Assembly (NCBI GenBank): GCA_050123235.1 | Contig: JASFHL010000007.1 | Location: forward strand, 75 to 64,074 | From: Candidatus Woesebacteria bacterium | GTDB taxonomy: Bacteria > Patescibacteriota > Microgenomatia > UBA1400 > PJMF01 | Length of the DNA stretch: 64,000 bases | Direction of reading: 5' to 3' | Shown here: piece after piece, positions 57,241 through 64,000 of the stretch | Numbering within the stretch: position 1 is the stretch's first letter | How the letters are laid out: each line of letters begins with the position of its first letter | Notes under the pieces: generated by a model | Database searches by the model: none | The model's input: only the letters and a program-made list of their open reading frames with translations | Told to the model about the DNA's origin: nothing | Position numbers and translations under genes: made by a program

Positions 57241-59712
57241 ATGAATATGTTTAGTAATTTTAAACAAATAAAGTTTAATATGAAACTCCTTCGACAGCCT
57301 TATTTTAAATTTGCTTTGATATTTTTAATTTTATTGGGCATCCGTTTTTACCCAATTTTTTTTCAAAATAAGAGTTTATTTTTTGGCGACAACTATGCTT
57401 TGATGGTGCCTGGAAAAATTTTTACAGCCCGCTGGCTAAGGCATGGCGTTTTGCCTTTATGGAATCCAACGATTTTAGCTGGTATCTCTTGGATTGGGGA
57501 TGTAAATCAATCTATTTTGTATCCTAGCACTTTATTTTTTGTTTTTTTGGAAGCAAGCACTGCATTAACAGTAACTGTTATCAGTCATTTGCTGATTTCA
57601 GTGTTAGGCATGTATTACATCGTATTACAATGTATACAGAATAAGAAAAACACTAAGCAAGTTAATTTAGTTAGCAATAAACAATCAATCTCTTTTTTAT
57701 CCGCCTGTCTGTGGGTTTTTTCCACTCAGCTCACTAACTCAATTAATAATATTTCAATGCTGCAGTCATTAGCTTGGCTGCCATGGCTGGTTTTCTTAGC
57801 TTTTAAAATTAGGAAAAACTTAAAAAATAAGTTTTTATTTGCCATAGTAGTTTTTTTACAATTTGCTGGTGGTTATCCGCAACATGTGATTTATGGCATC
57901 TTGACAGCAGTTTTGATTTCTAGTTTTTATTTTTTTCAGCCTCAACTTACTGCTAAGAAAATAAAAATTTGGCTAAATCATTGGTCTATAACAGCTCTTT
58001 TTACTTTACTATTATCAGCAGTTATTTATTTGCCATTTCTCGAAACTCTGTTAAATTCCACCCGCACTTTACAAACAGAAACACAAGCAGTGTCTGGTTC
58101 ATTGCATCCGATGGAATTAATTAAAATGCTGCTGCCTTATTTTTTTGAAAGCCCACATGATGGGATGCGTTGGGGGCCGATGTGGAACAGCATGCCCAAC
58201 GTAACAATTTATTTCACTGGCTTTGCTTTTTTGATGTTGCTACTTTCTTTGCTTAATAAAAAATTAAGAGACTCGGAAATTAAATTTTTTGCGCTATTCC
58301 TTTTTTTAACTTTAATTTTAGCTTTAGGAAAGTATTTACCTTTTTTTGCTACTTTGCAGCAGATTTTGCCTATCTTTAAAATTACCAGAGGGCCGAGCTT
58401 GATTTTAACTGTCAGTACTTTTGTGGCAATCACTTACTTAGGTTTGGCTTTGACAAAAATTATATCAAAAACTAAAAACTCTAAAACTAAATTTCGATTT
58501 CTTACTAAGATCAATTTTTTAAGTAAATTGCCTGTTTTCAGTAAAAATGCTGGGCGAATTTTTTCTTTTTTTCTTTTTTTAATACTGATCATATTTTTAA
58601 GTTTATCCCTCTTAGCTAAATTCAATTTTAACTTAGTTTGGGATTTAGCTAATAGAATGGGTAACAATTTTTTAATCAACAGTGCTTTTCATAGTTTTGA
58701 AAAAGATCAGATAATTTTGAAGGTGATTAGTCAAAATGTTTTATTTAACTGTATTTTCTTTTTGATCGCAGTTTTAGCTTGGCAAAGAAAAAGGATTTTA
58801 TTACTGACTTTAATTTTGTCTCTAGACATGATTTACAACACTCAAGGCATGCTCTTTTTTGCCCCGCGAGATATTTATCCATCGTGGCAAGAGATAGAGA
58901 CAGCTAATCCGATTTTTAGTCAAACAAATAATTATCGTTATTTGATCCGCAACTACAATTATCCTTATACAGATTTTGGTGCTTATTGGGAGGCTTTGCT
59001 AGTTAGAAAACCATTTTCTGATTCTTATATTGATGAAGAAGAATTAGCTAGTTACAAAAATCTAAAGCGTTTTGCTAAAGGTATGACCCCTGATTGGAAT
59101 ATACCCTTTTTATTGCAGTCAATTAATGGTTACACCACGCTTTTACCCAAAGACAGTCATCAGTTATGGAATCCAGATCAGGAGACAAGAATTAATAATT
59201 TGGCAGAAATTAAATTAGATAATCCATTACTTAAAAAGTGGGCAGTTAAATTTTATTTAGTGGATGATTGGTTTTTTGTAAATGAAGATTTGTCTTCCTT
59301 AGCAGTTATTTATGAAAAAGATTGGTGGCAAGTTTATGAATTGCCAGCTCTACCAAGGTTTAGATATGAAGACGATACAGCTATCAACTTTGACCAAGAC
59401 CATATTGAGAATCCTAATTTTATCTCGCTGAAATTCAATAATGATAGCAGTCATAGTCACTTATTAATTGCTGATCGCTATGATAAAAATTGGCGGGCTT
59501 GGGTGAATGGTCAAGAAGTTGAGATTGAAAATTTTGAAAGGATGAGAAAAGTTAAAATTACAGCTGGTAAGAATCAGGTAGTATTTAAATATCAGCCAAA
59601 GTTGTTTTATTTGGGAGCTGCTATCTCTATTTTAAGTTTTTTAGCAGTCTCCTTATTCATCTGCTTAACATTTTTTATTTTCCCTGTTAAAATTAAACGC
59701 GTTGCCAAATAG
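57241..59712 (+). CDS. large polytopic membrane protein, YfhO-like
   Basis: 823 aa with many TM helices, an extracytoplasmic C-terminal domain and a final TM anchor. Confidence 0.4.
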   Translation: MNMFSNFKQIKFNMKLLRQPYFKFALIFLILLGIRFYPIFFQNKSLFFGDNYALMVPGKIFTARWLRHGVLPLWNPTILAGISWIGDVNQSILYPSTLFFVFLEASTALTVTVISHLLISVLGMYYIVLQCIQNKKNTKQVNLVSNKQSISFLSACLWVFSTQLTNSINNISMLQSLAWLPWLVFLAFKIRKNLKNKFLFAIVVFLQFAGGYPQHVIYGILTAVLISSFYFFQPQLTAKKIKIWLNHWSITALFTLLLSAVIYLPFLETLLNSTRTLQTETQAVSGSLHPMELIKMLLPYFFESPHDGMRWGPMWNSMPNVTIYFTGFAFLMLLLSLLNKKLRDSEIKFFALFLFLTLILALGKYLPFFATLQQILPIFKITRGPSLILTVSTFVAITYLGLALTKIISKTKNSKTKFRFLTKINFLSKLPVFSKNAGRIFSFFLFLILIIFLSLSLLAKFNFNLVWDLANRMGNNFLINSAFHSFEKDQIILKVISQNVLFNCIFFLIAVLAWQRKRILLLTLILSLDMIYNTQGMLFFAPRDIYPSWQEIETANPIFSQTNNYRYLIRNYNYPYTDFGAYWEALLVRKPFSDSYIDEEELASYKNLKRFAKGMTPDWNIPFLLQSINGYTTLLPKDSHQLWNPDQETRINNLAEIKLDNPLLKKWAVKFYLVDDWFFVNEDLSSLAVIYEKDWWQVYELPALPRFRYEDDTAINFDQDHIENPNFISLKFNNDSSHSHLLIADRYDKNWRAWVNGQEVEIENFERMRKVKITAGKNQVVFKYQPKLFYLGAAISILSFLAVSLFICLTFFIFPVKIKRVAK

Positions 59713-59786
59713 AGTGAAATTAGCCAAGGTGCTATTTCGAGATTCAATTTAATAACAAGTCTACTAATCAGCATTGAAATTTACCT

Positions 59787-60641
59787 ATGTCAAATAAAAG
59801 AGACTATTATGAAGTGCTAGGTCTTAAAAAAGACGCTACTGATCAAGCAATTAAATCAGCTTATCGCAAAATGGCTCTGAAATATCATCCCGATAAAAAT
59901 AAAGCTAAAGATGCAGAAGAAAAGTTTAAGGAGATAAACGAAGCTTACCAAGTTTTATCTGATAAAAAAAAGCGTCAAACTTACGACCAGTTTGGTCATA
60001 GTGCCTTTAATGCTGGAGCTGCTGGGGGCGCTAATCCTTTTGGTGGTGGTTTTCAATCTGGGCCATTTACTTGGAGTTATTCCACTACCGGGGCGAATCC
60101 TTTTGATGGCTTTGATTTTGGAGATCCATTTGAGATTTTCGAGTCATTTTTTGGAGGTGCTGGATTTAGACAAGCGCGTCGTCGACCACGTTACACTTTG
60201 AAGATTGATTTTATAGAAGCTGTCAAAGGAACGAACAAAGAGGTGGAGATTGAAGGTAAAAAACAAAAAATTAAAGTTCCTGCTGGTGTTAATGATGGCA
60301 CAAGAATTCGTTTTGATGAATTTGATATTAGTTTTGATGTGGCCGCTCATCCTCAGTTTAAACGAGATGGCTATGATTTATTTATTGATAAAAAAATTAA
60401 TCTTAGTACTGCTTGTCTAGGTGGAAAAATAGAAGTTCCGACAGTAGATAAAAAACTCAAAATGAAAGTCAGGTCAGGTACGCAGTCTCACACTTTGGTG
60501 CGACTCCGCGGTGAAGGTGTGCCACATATCAGAGGCAGGGGCAAGGGTGATTTATATGTCAGATTGATAGTGGAAATTCCTGAGGATCTGACAAGAGAAC
60601 AGAAAAAATTGTTGGAGCAGTTGAAGGAAAACGGATTATAA
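59787..60641 (+). CDS. DnaJ-like co-chaperone lacking the zinc-finger domain (CbpA-like)
   Basis: J-domain '[12 protein letters not shown]...KYHPDKN', a G/F-rich region and C-terminal substrate-binding domains. No CxxCxGxG repeats. Confidence 0.75.
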   Translation: MSNKRDYYEVLGLKKDATDQAIKSAYRKMALKYHPDKNKAKDAEEKFKEINEAYQVLSDKKKRQTYDQFGHSAFNAGAAGGANPFGGGFQSGPFTWSYSTTGANPFDGFDFGDPFEIFESFFGGAGFRQARRRPRYTLKIDFIEAVKGTNKEVEIEGKKQKIKVPAGVNDGTRIRFDEFDISFDVAAHPQFKRDGYDLFIDKKINLSTACLGGKIEVPTVDKKLKMKVRSGTQSHTLVRLRGEGVPHIRGRGKGDLYVRLIVEIPEDLTREQKKLLEQLKENGL

Positions 60642-60768
60642 GAATTTTTTGCTTTTTCACTTGCTTTGTTTTATAATGATAGTGTTATAAATATGTTTAG
60701 AAGACGGGCTCAAAAGCGCGTTTTTTTATTTTTTAATTTAAACAAAACAAGCAATAATAAAGGATTTT

Positions 60769-62025
60769 ATGTCAAATCTTAATACTGTGGTCAGAACAGA
60801 GTTTGCTGCTGCTATCTCTCAGATTGCCAGCGAACGTAAAATCAGCGAAGAGTCAATCTATGAGGCAATTAAGCAAGCTCTTATTTCTGCTTATCGTAAG
60901 CAAATCGGTGAATTAGCTACAGATTTCTACTACTTTGTAAAACTTAATAAAGAAACAGGGGTAGCTAGGATTTTCAAAGCCCCAGTCACTAAAAAAGATG
61001 AAGAAACTGAAGAAATTCTAGAATGGGATGAAAATAAAGCTGAAGATGTCACGCCGGCAGGCTTTGGTAGAATTGCTGCTCAAACTGCCAAGCAAGTAAT
61101 TTTGCAAAAAATTAGGCAATCTGAAAAAGATCAAATAATTTCTGATTATCAAGCTAGGATAGGTGAATTAGTCACTGCCCAAGTTCTCAGAATGGATAAA
61201 CGCAGTGTTGTTTTTGACATTGGTAGAGGGCAGGGATATATGCCTCCAGAAGAGCAAATGCGTGGTGAATTCTATCGCACTAATCAGCGTTTGGCAGTTT
61301 TAATAAAAGAAATAAGAGAAGGTTTCAAAGGTAAACAGATCATTTGTTCTCGAGCAGATAGAGATTTAGTACTTAAACTTTTTACTAGAGAAGTACCAGA
61401 AGTTGCATCCGGGGCAGTAGAAATTGTAAGTATTGCTAGAGAAGCAGGTGTGCGTAGCAAAATTACTGTTAGATCTACTCAAGAGGGTGTTGATCCAGTT
61501 GGTGCTTGTGTAGGACAACGTGGTGTCAGAGTTCAAAAGGTGATTGAAGAATTAAATAATGAAAAAATTGACATTATTCCCTTTAGCGAAGATTTAAAAT
61601 TATTATTACAAGGAGCTTTAGCTCCAGCTGAGAGTTTAACAATTGAAATTGATGAAAAGAACAGGAAAGTAATAGTAACAGCGCCAGACGATCAGTTGTC
61701 ACTAGCAATTGGCAAAGGTGGTCAAAATGTAAGATTAGCAGCTAAGCTCACTGGTTTCCAGATTACTGTTAAATCAGCCACTGGTCAAGTTGCATCCAAA
61801 GTTACCGGTGATGAACAATATGAGATTGATACTTTTGAAGATTTAACAGATGAGGCAAGAGAAATTTTAATTCAACATAAACTTACTACTTTGGAAGATT
61901 TATCTAGATTTAAAGATAAATGGTTAGGTCTTAAGGATTTGGCCAAGGATCAACAAGAATTATTGTTGAAAAAAGTAGAAGAATACGAAAAAGAGGAGGA
62001 AACAAAAAAAGATGCTGCAAAATAG
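60769..62025 (+). CDS. nusA: transcription termination/antitermination factor NusA
   Basis: N-terminal domain 'EAIKQALISAYRK', an S1 domain and two KH domains ('GACVGQRGVRVQKV', 'AIGKGGQNVRLAAKL'). Confidence 0.9.
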   Translation: MSNLNTVVRTEFAAAISQIASERKISEESIYEAIKQALISAYRKQIGELATDFYYFVKLNKETGVARIFKAPVTKKDEETEEILEWDENKAEDVTPAGFGRIAAQTAKQVILQKIRQSEKDQIISDYQARIGELVTAQVLRMDKRSVVFDIGRGQGYMPPEEQMRGEFYRTNQRLAVLIKEIREGFKGKQIICSRADRDLVLKLFTREVPEVASGAVEIVSIAREAGVRSKITVRSTQEGVDPVGACVGQRGVRVQKVIEELNNEKIDIIPFSEDLKLLLQGALAPAESLTIEIDEKNRKVIVTAPDDQLSLAIGKGGQNVRLAAKLTGFQITVKSATGQVASKVTGDEQYEIDTFEDLTDEAREILIQHKLTTLEDLSRFKDKWLGLKDLAKDQQELLLKKVEEYEKEEETKKDAAK

Positions 62026-63496
62026 AGCCGCTGTCATTACTATCATGGGCCATGTTGATCATGGTAAAACCACTCTCCTAGACTATATTAGGAAAACTAA
62101 AATTCAGTCTAGAGAAGCTGGTGGTATCACTCAACATATTGGAGCTTATCAAATTGAGTTTAAAAATAGGAAAATTACTTTTATCGATACTCCTGGACAT
62201 GCTGCTTTTAATAAAATGCGACAACGTGGTGCTCAAATTACTGATCTAGTAATTTTAGTTGTAGCTGCCAACGATGGTGTAAAGCCACAAACCATTGAAT
62301 CTATTCGTTATATCAAGGAAAGCAAAGTTCCTTTTATTGTAGCTATTAACAAAATTGATTTAAAAGATATTCATTTAGACAAAGTTAAATCTGAATTAGC
62401 AGAACAAGAGGTCTTGGTGCAGGATTATGGCGGGGATATTGATGTAGTAGAAGTTTCTGCCAAAACTGGCAAGGATGTAGACAAATTATTAGAAACAGTG
62501 GTTACCATGGCAGAATTGCTAGAACTCAAAGCTGATCCGGATCAAGCTTTGGAGGCAGTGGTAATTGAGTCAACCAAAGATAAAAGAAAAGGCCCAGTTG
62601 CTACAGTCATTGTCCAACAAGGAACTTTAAAAGCTCGCCAAGATGTTTTTGTGGACAATATCATAGGCAGAGTGAGATTATTAACTGATGAAAATGGACA
62701 AGCTTTGAGTGAAGTTAAACCAGGTTCACCAGCTGAGATTATCGGTTTAAAAGATGTGCCAGAGGTTGGTGCTATTCTCAAAGAAGAAGGGGCGGATTAT
62801 CAAAAAACGAAACTTAAGACAGGGGCGAGTGCTGAACAAAGTTCCGAGCTTGAGCTAGATCAAAGCCAAGTTTGGGAAAATTTAGACTTTGATGCTTTAC
62901 TTGGAGAAAAGAGAAAACTTAAACTTATTGTTAAAGCAGATGTTAAGGGTACTTTGGAAGCAATTTTACAAACTCTTGATGAAGAAAGTGTTGAGCTGAT
63001 TAGTTCTGGAGTAGGTCAGGTAACTCAGAAGGATCTTGAATTAGCTGAAACAAGCCAGGCTTTATTGGTGGCTTTTGGTATCAAAGTTCCTAAAAAGATA
63101 AAAAATTTAGCCAAGCAATTAGGAGTCAAACTTAAGGAATATGACATTATTTATCATCTTTTAGAGGATTTACAAAAACAAATGTTGAAGATCATGGAGC
63201 CTACTATTGATGAAGTCGTTACTGGTGAGGCTGAGATTTTGCAGGTCTTTGAAATGAAAGGTGAAAAGATCGCTGGGATCAGAGTCAAAACAGGAGAAAT
63301 TAAGAAAAGTGATCTATTACATTTAAAAAGAGGCGATGAGATTATTCTCAATCCGGTCATTAATTCAATGAAACATGGCAAAGATGATATCTTGGTAGTC
63401 AAAAGTAAAAATGAAGCTGGTTTGACTTTCAAAAATAAAAAATTAGATTTCCAAGTAGGTGATATTTTGCTGGCTTATAAAAAGGATGATAGTTAG
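62012..63496 (+). CDS. infB: translation initiation factor IF-2 (short form starting at the G domain)
   Basis: 'VITIMGHVDHGKTTLLD', 'DTPGH' and 'NKID'. Overlaps the end of nusA. Confidence 0.85.
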   Translation: MLQNRAAVITIMGHVDHGKTTLLDYIRKTKIQSREAGGITQHIGAYQIEFKNRKITFIDTPGHAAFNKMRQRGAQITDLVILVVAANDGVKPQTIESIRYIKESKVPFIVAINKIDLKDIHLDKVKSELAEQEVLVQDYGGDIDVVEVSAKTGKDVDKLLETVVTMAELLELKADPDQALEAVVIESTKDKRKGPVATVIVQQGTLKARQDVFVDNIIGRVRLLTDENGQALSEVKPGSPAEIIGLKDVPEVGAILKEEGADYQKTKLKTGASAEQSSELELDQSQVWENLDFDALLGEKRKLKLIVKADVKGTLEAILQTLDEESVELISSGVGQVTQKDLELAETSQALLVAFGIKVPKKIKNLAKQLGVKLKEYDIIYHLLEDLQKQMLKIMEPTIDEVVTGEAEILQVFEMKGEKIAGIRVKTGEIKKSDLLHLKRGDEIILNPVINSMKHGKDDILVVKSKNEAGLTFKNKKLDFQVGDILLAYKKDDS

Positions 63497-63629
63497 CTCT
63501 TATTTTGCTTGATACCCATTAAGAAAAGCATGTTATAATACAAGTTCTTAAAATTAAAACAAATAAAATAAATGACTACTTTACTTGCTGGTTTCAGACT
63601 CGCAAGCTAAGGGCAAAGAAAGGCAAATT

Positions 63630-63899
63630 ATGTCATTAACTAAAAAACAAAAACAGCAAATAATTCAAGATTTTGCTTTAATGAAAGGAGACACAGGATC
63701 TCCAGAGGTACAGATAGCTCTTCTCACTGCTTCTATCCAACATTTGACTGCACATCTTAAAAAACATAAAAAAGATAATCACTCAAGAAGAGGTCTGCTT
63801 AAACAAGTATCTAAAAGAAGGAGATTGTTACGTTTCCTTTTGCAACGCAGTGAAGAGAGATATAGGAAGTTGATTGAAAACTTGGGTTTAAGCAAATAA
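63630..63899 (+). CDS. rpsO: 30S ribosomal protein S15
   Basis: '[37 protein letters not shown]'. The start is set at the ATG at 63630, which has an upstream AAAGG. Confidence 0.85.
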   Translation: MSLTKKQKQQIIQDFALMKGDTGSPEVQIALLTASIQHLTAHLKKHKKDNHSRRGLLKQVSKRRRLLRFLLQRSEERYRKLIENLGLSK

Positions 63900-64000
63900 G
63901 AATGTTATAATAGTTTTATTAAAAAGTTATATAGAGGAAATTTGGATAATCTTAAAAGGATTTTCGATTGGCAAGTAGTGAATGTGGTAAGAAATTTGCA

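Overview
This is an AT-rich bacterial chromosome segment with reduced, fused and short housekeeping proteins. The gene content resembles a CPR/Patescibacteria-like genome, but that placement is inference only. Three things stand out beyond routine annotation.

Core genes in window order:
- nrdR-nrdJ, with an NrdR box upstream and a class II B12-dependent ribonucleotide reductase.
- A minus-strand pgk / RHH-nucleotidyltransferase / class II fba block.
- PBP1A, cmk, smpB, a fused tsaC-tsaE gene followed by tsaD, and a CHASE2-cyclase.
- groES-groEL, tRNA-Met(CAU), trpS plus a Trbp111-like tRNA-binding protein, ftsH, a stand-alone 5'-3' exonuclease, a GT4 and a glycoside hydrolase.
- hrcA-grpE-dnaK, a DnaJ-like protein, and nusA-infB-rpsO.

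Noteworthy observations:
1. A family of intergenic repeats of about 155 bp (family A, four full copies plus a fragment). They share a hairpin core GTTGAAGCGAGGTCTGG...TACTACCGAGCTTCACC that shows a compensatory base change. The long terminal inverted repeats differ in sequence from copy to copy. A second family (B, two copies about 92% identical) has 26-bp TIRs, and each B copy lies nested in or next to A-derived sequence. These repeats sit upstream of smpB, tsaD, groES, hrcA and dnaK and inside the glycosyltransferase island. Three of the loci also carry CIRCE-like HrcA operators that overlap sigma70-like promoters.
2. A putative integrated element beside tRNA-Met (about 25.36 to 32.3 kb), bordered by an additional tRNA-like sequence with a CAU anticodon loop. 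It contains a large serine recombinase, a zinc-ribbon/TM/trypsin-like protease with a C-terminal domain of unknown function, a methyltransferase-like protein with an atypical motif, several small ORFs and an Xer-like tyrosine recombinase.
3. A block of about 14.5 kb that splits dnaK from the dnaJ-like gene. It contains a Phd/RelE toxin-antitoxin pair, an ORF interrupted by an in-frame TAG, and an array of six polytopic membrane proteins resembling GT-C/YfhO glycosyltransferases (several clearly paralogous) together with a DPM1/GtrB-like GT2. This looks like a lipid-carrier-dependent glycosylation system with diversified transferases.

All functional calls rest on motif recognition by eye. No database searches were run.
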